A stretch of 64,000 nucleotides of DNA from positions 13,362-77,361 of the IMG/VR virus record IMGVR_UViG_3300047557_003034; one strand, written 5' to 3'. A program made the position numbers and the translations under genes. Below are positions 40,615 to 52,494 of the stretch, one piece after another (positions within the stretch are counted from its first letter, which is position 1; every line of letters starts with the position of its first letter). The notes beneath the pieces were generated by a model. That model worked only from the letters and a program-made list of their open reading frames with translations, was not told where the DNA came from and ran no database searches. The stretch comes from a virus.

Positions 40615-41034
40615 ATGGAATATGTAGAACTAACCCAGGAGCAGTTGAAGAATAAATTATTTTGTACTTTTTCACCGAAATCAAAAATTACTGAAACTTT
40701 AGATACGATCAAAAGTGAGTACACTATTATGTACGATAAGATCTTCGTGTTGGAGTCGGTTGATTCTGAGGAGTATCTTTGTACATATAATATCCTGGTG
40801 CAGAATGGTACAGCAAGAATCCTCCCAAACACAATACTGCTACACAGAAAAAAAGAGTCCAACACTCTTTACACAATCAACAGCCTCAATCTACTTATCA
40901 AGTCTTTAAATGAAGGTATTTTAGATACATCCTACAGAATCGATTGGTTCAATTACAGAAACACAGTGCTATTGACACAAGGGGAGGAACTAAAGAAGCT
41001 CTCCACCAAGATTCACAAAATAGTAACAGTGTGA
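40615..41034 (+). CDS. Conserved phage hypothetical protein
   Basis: NKLFCTF...HRKKESNTLYTINSLN; start uncertain. Confidence 0.6.
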   Translation: MEYVELTQEQLKNKLFCTFSPKSKITETLDTIKSEYTIMYDKIFVLESVDSEEYLCTYNILVQNGTARILPNTILLHRKKESNTLYTINSLNLLIKSLNEGILDTSYRIDWFNYRNTVLLTQGEELKKLSTKIHKIVTV

Positions 41035-41066
41035 GTTGCTAGATCGGTGTAACCTGCCTACCTTTA
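41035..41066 (+). promoter_or_regulatory. Bacteroidota-type -33/-7 promoter
   Basis: GTTG, 20 nt, TACCTTTA upstream of SSB. Confidence 0.55.
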
Positions 41067-41094
41067 TTTCCTCGAAAAACTAAATCTCAATTAT

Positions 41095-41901
41095 ATGGCT
41101 ATGGATCTAAGTATGATCAAGAACAAGCTATCCTCTCTGCAGAATCAGCGTCAGGGGGGTGGACAGAAAAGGGATATGTCACTTATCCTGTGGAAACCTG
41201 GTATAGGTAAGCACAGTGTACGTATTGTCCCATCTATGTACGATAAGACAAATCCGTTTAAGGAAGTTTTCGTACACTACGGTATTGGAAACCGCACAAT
41301 GATTTCTCTTGCTAACTTTGGCGAGAAAGATCCTATTGTAGAGTTTGCAAAATCACTTCGCACAACAAGCGACAAAGAAAACTGGTCACTTGCTAAGAAA
41401 CTCGAACCAAAGATGAGAGTCTTTGCTCCTGTTATTGTTCGTGGTGAAGAAGAAAAAGGTGTTCGTTTGTGGGAGTTTGGAAAGCAAGTCTACCAAGAAC
41501 TCCTCAGCATTGCAGATGACCCAGATGTAGGTGATTACACCGACCCAGTAGAAGGTCGTGATATCACAATTGAAACAACTGGTCCTGAGACAAACGGTAC
41601 AAGTTTCAATCAATCTAAAGTACGTGTTCGTACTAAGGTTACTCCTCTTTCTGACAGTGCTGAAGAAGTAGAGAAGTGGCTCAACAATCAACCTGAAGCA
41701 CTTGGAGTTTTCAAGAAGTATTCCTATGATGAGATGAAAGAATCTCTACTCAGTTGGTTGAACCCAGAAGATCAAGCTGAAGAACCAGCTCCTGCAGCAC
41801 CAATAGCAGAAGCACCAGCTCCACAGTCCTTTGCACTTAACACTCCTGCAAAGAAGACTATCGATGATGAGTTTGATGAGTTGTTTAACATCAAGAAATA
41901 A
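41095..41901 (+). CDS. Single-stranded DNA-binding protein (gp32-like)
   Basis: WKP..GK..VRIVP, GV.LWEFGK, D..EGRD; acidic C-terminal tail DDEFDELF. Confidence 0.8.
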   Translation: MAMDLSMIKNKLSSLQNQRQGGGQKRDMSLILWKPGIGKHSVRIVPSMYDKTNPFKEVFVHYGIGNRTMISLANFGEKDPIVEFAKSLRTTSDKENWSLAKKLEPKMRVFAPVIVRGEEEKGVRLWEFGKQVYQELLSIADDPDVGDYTDPVEGRDITIETTGPETNGTSFNQSKVRVRTKVTPLSDSAEEVEKWLNNQPEALGVFKKYSYDEMKESLLSWLNPEDQAEEPAPAAPIAEAPAPQSFALNTPAKKTIDDEFDELFNIKK

Positions 41902-41903
41902 TT

Positions 41904-42971
41904 ATGGCAAAAGCACTTAACCAAAGTGTTGGAGATGCATTGAAAGGTTCCTTTGATTTAGATAAGTTTATCAAGTCGAAGAACCTCTCAAGCACTTCAA
42001 TCAAAATGAAGGAGCAAAAATGGATACCACTATCACAAGCATTTCAGAACTGTCTTTCAATCCCAGGGATTCCCATTGGACATATAACCCTTTTACGGGG
42101 TCATTCGGATACTGGAAAGACGACAGCATTGCTGGAAGCAGCAGTGAGTTGCCAGAAGATGGGAATCCTACCAGTTTTCATCATAACAGAGATGAAATGG
42201 AACTGGGATCACGCAAAGCAGATGGGTCTACAATTTGAGGGAGTTCCTAATGAAGATGGTGAAATAGCTGACTACAAAGGTTTCTTTATCTACGTAGACC
42301 GAGAAAAGTTGAACACTATTGAAGATGTAGCAGCCTTTATTGCTGACTTACTAGATGAGCAAAAGAATGGTAGGTTACCTTACGATCTATGTTTCTTCTG
42401 GGATAGTGTTGGATCAATTCCGTGTCGTCTTAGTGTTGAATCTAACAAGAACAACAACGAATGGAATGCTGGTGCAATGTCTCAGCAGTTTGGAAACTTC
42501 ATTAACCAAAAGATCGTACTCTCTCGCAAGCAATCACAACCCTACACCAATACAATGGTTGCTGTGAATAAGATCTGGGTTGCTAAAGCTGAAACTATTA
42601 TGTCACAACCTAAGATGAAGAATAAAGGAGGTGACACAATGTACTTCGATTCAAGTCTCATAATTACATTTGGTAACGTAACAAACTCAGGTACCAATAA
42701 GATTAAGGCAACTAAGAATAGCAAGGAAGTTGAGTTTGCAAAAAGAACCAAGATCAGCTGTGATAAGAACCATGTAAACGATGTTACATCTACTAGCAAG
42801 GTTATTATGACTGCTCATGGTTTTATTGATGACACCAAAGCTGCGATTGACAACTACAAAAAAGCACATTCCAACGAATGGTTGAAAACACTAGGAAGTG
42901 CTGATTTTGAGGTAGTTGTAGAATCTGATGAAGATAACAGAGATATCTTTGACGCAACTGACTCAGAATAG
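41904..42971 (+). CDS. recA: RecA/UvsX-like recombinase
   Basis: GIP.GHIT.L.GHSDTGKTT Walker A, FFWDSVGS Walker B, KGG. Confidence 0.85.
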   Translation: MAKALNQSVGDALKGSFDLDKFIKSKNLSSTSIKMKEQKWIPLSQAFQNCLSIPGIPIGHITLLRGHSDTGKTTALLEAAVSCQKMGILPVFIITEMKWNWDHAKQMGLQFEGVPNEDGEIADYKGFFIYVDREKLNTIEDVAAFIADLLDEQKNGRLPYDLCFFWDSVGSIPCRLSVESNKNNNEWNAGAMSQQFGNFINQKIVLSRKQSQPYTNTMVAVNKIWVAKAETIMSQPKMKNKGGDTMYFDSSLIITFGNVTNSGTNKIKATKNSKEVEFAKRTKISCDKNHVNDVTSTSKVIMTAHGFIDDTKAAIDNYKKAHSNEWLKTLGSADFEVVVESDEDNRDIFDATDSE

Positions 42972-42996
42972 TAGTATATTATCACAAATAAAAGTT

Positions 42997-43440
42997 ATGA
43001 CTAGAATAAACATCGGTATCCCAGTTAAGTCTTTAACGGATAAACATCTCATTGCAGAGCATAGAGAACTTAAAAGAATCCCTAATGTCGTATCAAAAGG
43101 TAGATATAACCTCAAGACTGCTCCAAAAGAGTTTACTCTTGGTAAAGGACACGTCTCCTTTTTTTACGACAAGCTGGGATATTTGAAAGAACGCTACATA
43201 GAACTTTACAACGAATGTCGAGAGCGGGGCTTTAATGTCCAAAGCTACCTCAACTCCTGGGATGGAGTACCAGACCATCTAATGAACAGCTACACTCCAA
43301 CTCAAAAAGACATAGAGATAGTGAGTGCAAGAATAGCTGATAGGCTAGCTAATCCAATATCAAAACAAAAGAAACAACGTGATGGACTACAGAAAGTTAT
43401 TCAATCAGATGGAGAGTCAGAAGGAGGAGGATCTACATAG
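42997..43440 (+). CDS. denV: Pyrimidine dimer DNA glycosylase (endonuclease V)
   Basis: MTRIN...L.DKHLIAEHRELKRI, FTLGKGHV.FFYDKL.YL..RY; ATG at 42997. Confidence 0.9.
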   Translation: MTRINIGIPVKSLTDKHLIAEHRELKRIPNVVSKGRYNLKTAPKEFTLGKGHVSFFYDKLGYLKERYIELYNECRERGFNVQSYLNSWDGVPDHLMNSYTPTQKDIEIVSARIADRLANPISKQKKQRDGLQKVIQSDGESEGGGST

Positions 43441-44395
43441 AAACAGTAGAGTTCTCATTGTAGATTCGCTCAACACCTTCCTTAGGAGTTTTGCTGCGAT
43501 ACACCACTTGAATCCAAGCGGCAATCACATAGGAGGTTTAGCAGGCTACCTAAAATCAGTTGGGTCTGTTATTAAGCACATTGAGCCTACACGAGTGGTG
43601 CTTGTCTTCGACGGACAAGGTGGATCAACAAACAAACGATACCTATATCCTGAATACAAAGCCAACAGACACATAAGCAAGATAACCAATTGGGATATCT
43701 TTGACACACAAGAAGAAGAGTCAGAAGCTATCACAGCACAGATCATAAGACTCATCGATTACTTAAAATGCTTACCAGTAGATTTAATCTCGATAGATAA
43801 GATCGAAGCAGATGATGTAATCGGCTACCTCTCTCAGAGGTTTCCAGAAAAAGTAGTTATACTTTCAACAGACCAAGACTACCTACAACTCGTATCAGAA
43901 AACGTATCAGTATTCTCTCCCGTTAAGAAAACAATTTACTACCCTGAAACTGTAATGAAAGAGTATGGTATTCCACCACACAACTTCCTCTTGCATAAGA
44001 TTGTAGTTGGTGATAAAGGAGACAATGTACCAGGAGTTAAGGGTATAGCCATTAAGACGCTTCTGAAATTGTTTCCCGACCTCAAAGGGGAGAAACTACA
44101 GCTTAACCAATTGTTACAGGAATGTGAAGGTAAGCCGGGAAAATATGGTGATATTTACAATTACAGACATCAGCTTAGTATAAACAAGCAGCTTATGGAT
44201 TTGGTTGAGCCAAACATACCTGAGGAAGATGCTGAGAGGTTGGATGCTGTTATTAATAATCCACGTATTGTATACGATCCTCAAACATTTCTTAAGCTGT
44301 GTCAAGAAGACCAGCTAGGTAAGAGTCTAATGAATCCACAAGTGTGGTTAAGTGAGACTTTTGCAAAGCTTCAAAACTACGAAATAAGAAACTAA
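43382..44395 (+). CDS. 5'-3' exonuclease/flap endonuclease (RNase H-like)
   Basis: LIVDSLN, VFDG, YPEYKANR, EADDVIG, STDQDYLQL, GDKGDNVPGVKGI. Confidence 0.9.
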   Translation: MDYRKLFNQMESQKEEDLHRNSRVLIVDSLNTFLRSFAAIHHLNPSGNHIGGLAGYLKSVGSVIKHIEPTRVVLVFDGQGGSTNKRYLYPEYKANRHISKITNWDIFDTQEEESEAITAQIIRLIDYLKCLPVDLISIDKIEADDVIGYLSQRFPEKVVILSTDQDYLQLVSENVSVFSPVKKTIYYPETVMKEYGIPPHNFLLHKIVVGDKGDNVPGVKGIAIKTLLKLFPDLKGEKLQLNQLLQECEGKPGKYGDIYNYRHQLSINKQLMDLVEPNIPEEDAERLDAVINNPRIVYDPQTFLKLCQEDQLGKSLMNPQVWLSETFAKLQNYEIRN

Positions 44396-44406
44396 ATATA
44401 AGAGTT

Positions 44407-45789
44407 ATGCCAGTCCTCAATCAATTACATTCTTACGGTGTAGGCTTTCAAATCAAAGTCCTATCCAGTCTACTAACCCATAGAGAGTTTCTACAAGGGA
44501 TACACGATATCCTAGAAGCTGATTACTTTGATAACCCAGCACATAAATGGATAGTTGAAGAGATCTTGAAGTACTACTACCGGTATCATGCAACACCTAC
44601 TCTAGATGCATTGCAAGTCGAAGTCAAGAAAATTGAAAACGAAATCCTAAGAATATCAGTAGTAGAGCAGTTAAAGGAATCCTACAAAGCATCTAACGAA
44701 GACAGAGAGTACGTTGAACAGGAGTTCAGTAACTTTTGTAAGAACCAACAGCTCAAAAAAGCACTACTCTCTTCGGTTGATCTTTTAGAGAAAGGACAAT
44801 ACGATGACATACGTTATTTAATAGATTCAGCACTAAAAGCAGGTCAAGATAAAAACATAGGACATGAGTATGAGAAGGATACTGAAGTAAGATACAGAGA
44901 AGAAGAAAGAAGAGCAGTACCAACCTCATGGGATCACTTAAACGATCTTTTGATGGGTGGTCTTGGTGCAGGAGACTTAGGACTTGTGTTTGGTAATCCA
45001 GGAGGAGGTAAGAGTTGGTTCCTAGTAAACATAGGAGCTAAGGCAGCTTCTTTAGGTTTCAAAGTATGCCACTATACGTTAGAGTTATCTGAATACTACG
45101 TCGGTAGAAGATACGACTCAGTATTCACAGGCATAGGTGTACAAGACCTGCAAAAGCATAGAGCTGAGATTGATGAGATTGTGAGCAAAGTTCCAGGAAA
45201 GCTAATCATAAAGGAGTTTGCAATGGGTAAAGCATCCATTGCCAATATAGAATCCCACATCCAGAAATGTAAAGATTTAGGACACTCACCAGATCTTATT
45301 ATAATAGACTACGTTGACTTATTGAAATCTAAACGCAAGTCAATAGATAGAAAGGATGAGATAGACGATGTCTACACATCAACTAAAGGACTGGCTAGAG
45401 AATTAAATGTTCCAATTTGGACAGTATCCCAGGTGAATAGAGCAGGTGCAAAGGATGATATTATAGAAGGAGATAAAGCAGCAGGTTCTTATAATAAGAT
45501 GATGATTGCTGACTTTGCAATATCCCTATCAAGAAAGAGGCAGGACAAAGTAAATGGTACTGGTAGGATACATGTGATGAAAAATAGGTATGGATCTGAT
45601 GGTATGACCTACGCAGCTAAGATAAATACCAACAACGGTAACATTGAGATTAGTGCAAATGAAATGGACGAAGATCAATTCACAACAAGTGAAACCAGCA
45701 TGTCAGGATCTCGATCTGGTTCAGCCACAGGGTTTAGTAGTCAAGAGAGAAATTATTTGAATCAGAAGTTCTTTGAATTGAGTAAATAG
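44407..45789 (+). CDS. dnaB: DnaB-like replicative helicase
   Basis: GNPGGGKS Walker A, TLEL, IIIDYVD, SQVNR, KNRYG. Confidence 0.9.
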   Translation: MPVLNQLHSYGVGFQIKVLSSLLTHREFLQGIHDILEADYFDNPAHKWIVEEILKYYYRYHATPTLDALQVEVKKIENEILRISVVEQLKESYKASNEDREYVEQEFSNFCKNQQLKKALLSSVDLLEKGQYDDIRYLIDSALKAGQDKNIGHEYEKDTEVRYREEERRAVPTSWDHLNDLLMGGLGAGDLGLVFGNPGGGKSWFLVNIGAKAASLGFKVCHYTLELSEYYVGRRYDSVFTGIGVQDLQKHRAEIDEIVSKVPGKLIIKEFAMGKASIANIESHIQKCKDLGHSPDLIIIDYVDLLKSKRKSIDRKDEIDDVYTSTKGLARELNVPIWTVSQVNRAGAKDDIIEGDKAAGSYNKMMIADFAISLSRKRQDKVNGTGRIHVMKNRYGSDGMTYAAKINTNNGNIEISANEMDEDQFTTSETSMSGSRSGSATGFSSQERNYLNQKFFELSK

Positions 45790-45818
45790 CTCTATTTATT
45801 AATACAAATTCCAGGATT

Positions 45819-46028
45819 ATGAGCCTTATTTCGCTATATGAAAAGAAAAAGACCGCTTTCGGACCACCCGCAGTTAAAACTACATACGAGCAGTTCGTAT
45901 TCAATATGGAAAGGTCTGGTCTAAACAACTTAGTGACTCTTAACGAAGAAGATCCTCTTTTCACACCTCCAAAAGTAACAGACACTTACATCGGAAAGCT
46001 GTTCAGAGAGGGTGTACTTCCTGGATAA
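45819..46028 (+). CDS. Small hypothetical protein
   Basis: 69-aa ORF preceded by TATTTATT. Confidence 0.55.
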   Translation: MSLISLYEKKKTAFGPPAVKTTYEQFVFNMERSGLNNLVTLNEEDPLFTPPKVTDTYIGKLFREGVLPG

Positions 46029-46124
46029 TTACTGATCTTTACTGCAAAGGTTGCGAACTCTACGCCGGAGAGCTTCTTTTCTGAGTGTTAAACCTATCTC
46101 TATAATTTTAAAAACCAACTAAAA

Positions 46125-48182
<2,058 letters not shown>

Positions 48183-48196
48183 TCAAAACATTTAGT

Positions 48197-48658
48197 ATGA
48201 AATTCCAATCAAGTAAGGTTTTTGACGGCTTTTCAACTGTGTTTAGACAGTGGAAGGCTGATGGAACTCATTGTCGTTTTTTGCACGGTTATGATATCGA
48301 AATACGAGTTCACTTTGAAGGAGAGCTGGATCATCGGAATTGGGTATGGGATTTTGGTGGTATGAAAAGAGCTCAAGGTACTATTGATGGATATAATCCA
48401 AAAGAGTGGTTTGACTATATGTTCGATCACACAACTGTCGTAGCTGAAGATGATCCGTTCATAGAGAAGTTCATTGACATGGATCTCAAAGGAATTATTC
48501 AACTTCGCATCATTCCATCAGTGGGAGCAGAGCAGTTTGCTAAGTTCGTATTTGAGAAAGTTGATGCTTTTGTGAAAGAGGAGACGGACGGAAGAGTTTA
48601 CATTACCAAAGTAGAAGTAGCAGAGAATCGCAAGAACGCAGCATCATACACAAAATAA
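48197..48658 (+). CDS. queD: 6-carboxy-5,6,7,8-tetrahydropterin synthase
   Basis: HCRFLHGY (CxxxHG), VWDFG, FDH, AE, E..KNAA. Confidence 0.88.
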   Translation: MKFQSSKVFDGFSTVFRQWKADGTHCRFLHGYDIEIRVHFEGELDHRNWVWDFGGMKRAQGTIDGYNPKEWFDYMFDHTTVVAEDDPFIEKFIDMDLKGIIQLRIIPSVGAEQFAKFVFEKVDAFVKEETDGRVYITKVEVAENRKNAASYTK

Positions 48659-48662
48659 CAAT

Positions 48663-49538
48663 ATGAGTAAAATTGATTCACACAAGTTATTAATCAGTTC
48701 CGACTTCTACTCTGTCCAAGGTGAGGGTATTTCATCAGGAGTACCTTCCTACTTTGTTCGCTTAGGTATTTGCAATCTAACCTGCGGTATGAGTAGGCAG
48801 TTTGCAAATCAACTAGCCAAAGAACAAACATTAGAGGATGGAGAGATATTTGAAGGTGATTTAGTCAAAGAAGGTAAAGCAACTTGGACTTGTGATTCTA
48901 CGAGTCAGTGGTTGTGGAGAGGTGAAGATAAAGAGTTCCAGTATTTAATAGACAGGTGGAAAGAGCAAGACATCTACGATGACGTTAAGAATGGTACTAT
49001 CCACATCATCTGGACTGGTGGTGAACCTACGATCAAAGGTCATCAAGAAGCAATTGTTAATTTCTTTAGATACTGGAAATCAATAGACCCCTCTGTTAAG
49101 AAAGTTGAATCGGGAGGTTTAATTCACACAGATGCTGTTACTGCTTTTAGTGAGATAGAAACAAACGGAACTGTAGAAATTACCGATTTACTCAGAGTTT
49201 ACATAGACCAGATCAACTGCTCTCCCAAGCTATCTAACTCAGGTATGACTGAAAAACAGCGTATCAATCCAGAAGCTATCAAGACAATAATGAACAGCAA
49301 TAGAACTTATCAATTCAAATTCGTTATATCAAACGAAGAAGATGTTCAAGAATTGTTCCGTGACTTTGTTGTACCATTCAACATACCTCTTGCCAACGTG
49401 GTTTGTATGCCGGGACTAGACGATGTAGCTAATTTTGAAGAGCGTACACAATTTGTACTTGAAATGGCTAAGAAGTATAAGTTCAGAGGATTAACTCGTT
49501 TGCACATTGCAGCTTGGAATAAAACACTAAACGTATAG
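48663..49538 (+). CDS. queE: 7-carboxy-7-deazaguanine synthase (radical SAM)
   Basis: FYSVQGEG...FVRL..CNLTC...CDS, TGGEP, IETNGT, SPKL, KFVI, RLHI. Confidence 0.88.
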   Translation: MSKIDSHKLLISSDFYSVQGEGISSGVPSYFVRLGICNLTCGMSRQFANQLAKEQTLEDGEIFEGDLVKEGKATWTCDSTSQWLWRGEDKEFQYLIDRWKEQDIYDDVKNGTIHIIWTGGEPTIKGHQEAIVNFFRYWKSIDPSVKKVESGGLIHTDAVTAFSEIETNGTVEITDLLRVYIDQINCSPKLSNSGMTEKQRINPEAIKTIMNSNRTYQFKFVISNEEDVQELFRDFVVPFNIPLANVVCMPGLDDVANFEERTQFVLEMAKKYKFRGLTRLHIAAWNKTLNV

Positions 49539-49539
49539 T

Positions 49540-49647
49540 ATGGGAATAGCCATCTTTATATCATTAGTATGTTTAACTATTGCTACTGCGTACGGTGTTG
49601 TAGATGTACTTAGACAGACAAATAGAATAAAGAAAAATGAAAAATAA
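49540..49647 (+). CDS. Small membrane peptide (35 aa)
   Basis: MGIAIFISLVCLTIATAYGVVDVLRQTNRIKKNEK; fills the gap after queE; not in the ORF track. Confidence 0.4.
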   Translation: MGIAIFISLVCLTIATAYGVVDVLRQTNRIKKNEK

Positions 49648-50311
49648 TATTCTAATTATAAACGCATCTATTAGAGGACAGCAAGGTAATTCTTATGCAA
49701 TTGCATTATTCACAAAAAGTTACATTGAAAAAAAACAAAGTGCTAATGTAGAAATATACGACCTCACACATCCTAAAAATACAATTCAGGAAGTGTATGC
49801 ACTGTTGGAACACGCAGATGCATTTGTAGTCATATCAGGCACATATTGGAACAATTTAGGTTCAACTCTTCAAAGATTTATTGAAGTCTGCACTCCTTTT
49901 GAAAACACAAATGCTTTTTTCGGAAAACCAGTTTCAACAATTATTTCAATGGATTCCGTTGGAGGCATTGATGTTGCCAATAAAATAATAAGTTCTTTTT
50001 CAGGATTAGGCTGTTGGACACCACCGTGTTCAACAATTATCTTATCAAGATTAGGTGAAGAATCTGTAAAACGGACACAAGACTTGGAGGATGACCCCAA
50101 TGAAGATGTATGGAGATTGGAGGACATTGAAATTCTTATAGACAATTTAATTTTAGCAAGTCAAATAGAAAAAAATAAATGGAGAGTATGGCCCAATATT
50201 CAACTTCAAATAGAAGACAGGCAGTGGCCATCAAGCGGAGATTTGAATATGAACAATCCAATATTTATTAAACAAAATTTTCTAAAAACCACATTTAACT
50301 ACCAAATATGA
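49637..50311 (+). CDS. Flavodoxin-like NAD(P)H-dependent FMN reductase
   Basis: ILIINASIRG..GNS, ADAFVVISGTYW, FFGKP. Confidence 0.7.
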   Translation: MKNNILIINASIRGQQGNSYAIALFTKSYIEKKQSANVEIYDLTHPKNTIQEVYALLEHADAFVVISGTYWNNLGSTLQRFIEVCTPFENTNAFFGKPVSTIISMDSVGGIDVANKIISSFSGLGCWTPPCSTIILSRLGEESVKRTQDLEDDPNEDVWRLEDIEILIDNLILASQIEKNKWRVWPNIQLQIEDRQWPSSGDLNMNNPIFIKQNFLKTTFNYQI

Positions 50312-50484
50312 GAAACCTAATCCTAATCTTTCTTGGAACTGTGCTTTTATACGAGTTCATAGCATTCCCTATGATAACATCTAGAAGCACTCTGCTTAAT
50401 GTATTAGGAGTAGCTATCTTTGTATCCAATACTGTACTCATTATAGAGTACATAAGAATCAAGTTTTTGAACCGTAAAAATTGA
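50308..50484 (+). CDS. Small two-TM membrane protein (58 aa)
   Basis: MRNLILIFLGTVLLYEFIAFP...; ATGA overlap with the previous stop; not in the ORF track. Confidence 0.5.
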   Translation: MRNLILIFLGTVLLYEFIAFPMITSRSTLLNVLGVAIFVSNTVLIIEYIRIKFLNRKN

Positions 50485-50488
50485 CGTT

Positions 50489-50743
50489 ATGCCTAATTTT
50501 GATCAAGACATCGAACCTTCCGATTATGTAGAATCTTGTAGTCGTTATGAGATTGATGAGTTACTAGATGCACTAGAGATTGGTGGATACATTTCTAAGA
50601 ATTTGAGACGGACTAAAGAAGATCCTGGTAGATCTGTTGCTGAGTCGGAGTTCCAAGAGGCATTGGATAAGTTACACAATAAATGGAATATGCTGAGTAG
50701 TGAGGAAGAACAAGCAATCCTGCAAATCTCTAAACGGTTTTAA
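50489..50743 (+). CDS. Hypothetical protein
   Basis: 84-aa ORF in the operon. Confidence 0.55.
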   Translation: MPNFDQDIEPSDYVESCSRYEIDELLDALEIGGYISKNLRRTKEDPGRSVAESEFQEALDKLHNKWNMLSSEEEQAILQISKRF

Positions 50744-50744
50744 T

Positions 50745-51005
50745 ATGGAAAATGCAAATCAAAAAGAACACTGCGTCATCTGCGGTAAAGAAACTCCCTA
50801 TCTCATTTCAACTCACATAGACTACCGAATAGGATATGTGGAAGGAGTTGGACAGCTATGTAGAACTTGTACTCAAGACAGCCACCGTAACTACGCCAAT
50901 CGACACATAGCGATTGATAGAAGCGTTGTTGAAAGTACACCCAACGACTTTGAACTAGGAGCCAAAATAAGAAAGCAGTACTATGACTCAGCAAACAACG
51001 ATTGA
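50745..51005 (+). CDS. Small Zn-ribbon-like protein
   Basis: CVICG...YVEGVGQLCRTC; ATG at 50745. Confidence 0.6.
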   Translation: MENANQKEHCVICGKETPYLISTHIDYRIGYVEGVGQLCRTCTQDSHRNYANRHIAIDRSVVESTPNDFELGAKIRKQYYDSANND

Positions 51006-51231
51006 AGATTTCTACGAAGCAATTAAACACGTAGGTGCTGGTAGTCTATATTATATTAGGAAGAAAGAAGGCTCTGAAACAGAATTTGTTTTTGAACCGG
51101 TCATAATAGATACAAAGGACAAAGAACTGACCCTCAGAATCTTAAAAAGAGTCTCCCTAGATCCAAACTTCATAGCATTTCCAGGAACAGCAGAAGCTTA
51201 TGAATTTCTAAATTCAGATGTTGCTGGATAA
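50983..51231 (+). CDS. Hypothetical protein
   Basis: 82-aa ORF overlapping the previous gene. Confidence 0.5.
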   Translation: MTQQTTIEDFYEAIKHVGAGSLYYIRKKEGSETEFVFEPVIIDTKDKELTLRILKRVSLDPNFIAFPGTAEAYEFLNSDVAG

Positions 51232-51251
51232 GCTTGAAACACTTACCTTTA
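51220..51251 (+). promoter_or_regulatory. Bacteroidota-type -33/-7 promoter
   Basis: GTTG, 20 nt, TACCTTTA upstream of the ATG at 51266 and dpdL. Confidence 0.55.
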
Positions 51252-51265
51252 GCAAAACAAATCAA

Positions 51266-51502
51266 ATGACAATAACACTCAGTGAAGGCATCCTATATCT
51301 AGCTGTCGTACTGATCCTAATGATAATCCAAGTCTACCAGCTAAAGAGAATAGCTGATCTTCAGAAAGAGTGTGATCTTATTTGGACTCAGGTAAGTACT
51401 ATCGTTATGAGCATATCTGCTAAGATGTTGGAAATGCAAAAAGATATCACAGACGCAAAACAGAAAAATGAAAACATACGTAGTAGTGAAGTTGCAGGTT
51501 GA
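51266..51502 (+). CDS. Small membrane/coiled-coil protein
   Basis: ATG at 51266 downstream of a Bacteroidota-type promoter; TM segment GILYLAVVLILMIIQVY. Confidence 0.55.
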   Translation: MTITLSEGILYLAVVLILMIIQVYQLKRIADLQKECDLIWTQVSTIVMSISAKMLEMQKDITDAKQKNENIRSSEVAG

Positions 51503-51815
51503 GGGACTGCATAACTTTCCAAACGCACCGGAGATCTTTCCGGAAGTAGGGTTTTTAGCAGATCCACACAGGCACATGTTTCACATAGAAATGTCCTGTG
51601 CAGTGACACATTCAAATCGGGATAAAGAGTTTATTATGCTGAAGAGAGATGTTTTAGATTACTTAAAGCAGCGTTATTACAATCCCACAACTAGAATCCA
51701 TGAATTTGGAGCTAGAAGTTGCGAAGCTTTGGCGACGGAGCTTCTACATCAATTTGAATGTGAGTATGTAGAGGTTTGGGAAGATCTCGAAAATGGAGGA
51801 AGAGTTGAAAGGTGA
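51468..51815 (+). CDS. dpdL: QueD-paralog T-fold protein, putative 7-carboxy-7-deazaguanine decarboxylase
   Basis: LADPHRHMF matches the LxxxHRHxF signature recalled for DpdL; SCE and WED.ENG T-fold motifs; lies in the que locus. Confidence 0.72.
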   Translation: MKTYVVVKLQVEGLHNFPNAPEIFPEVGFLADPHRHMFHIEMSCAVTHSNRDKEFIMLKRDVLDYLKQRYYNPTTRIHEFGARSCEALATELLHQFECEYVEVWEDLENGGRVER

Positions 51816-51864
51816 TCTGCTCTAGATTACTATCATCACGACTATTTATTAAAAATAGATTCGT

Positions 51865-52494
51865 ATGTATAGAGCTTTTAGACAGTGCCCAAAGTGTGGT
51901 ATGTTGATAGAACATGCTACAATACACTCACAAAGTAAAGCTGATAAATTAGCTGAGCAGTCCACAAAACAAGAGAAGCTCTGTAGAAGTTGTATAGCAG
52001 TTAATATCAACAATAGAAGGTGGGCTGACCCGGCTAACATTGAAAAACAATCGCAAAGGTTCCTACACAACAATCCAAGCAAAGGAAAACCAGCTTGGAA
52101 CAGAGGTGTTCCTCGAGACCTTAGCACAAAAAAGAAAATACAAGATACTAAAAAAAACAATGGTAGTTCGTCGGGAAATCGTAACTCAAATTATGGTAAC
52201 TTCAAGTATCACAACACCCAGCAGAATTTTAAACAATTTCGTAATCGTGTAGTTGTGTTAACAGAGAGAGTCAAGCATTTGGTAGATGGATATAGTGAGG
52301 TAAAGAGAGGAAAGACTAACGTAGAAGGAGCTTATCAAATTGATCACATAAAGCCCATAATAGACTGTTGGTATGATGGGTGGACACCGGAACAGGCTGC
52401 TGACGTGACAAATTTGAGATTCATACCGTGGGAAGAGAATTTAAAACTAAGAAAATGGAGAAAACATCTGACACATCGCCAACATCTAAAGTAG
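51865..52494 (+). mobile_element. Free-standing HNH homing endonuclease with NUMOD-type DNA-binding motif
   Basis: CPKC/CRSC, KGKPAWNRG, IDHIKPI...NLRFIPWEEN; own TATTTATT motif; overlaps the downstream kinase start. Confidence 0.7.
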
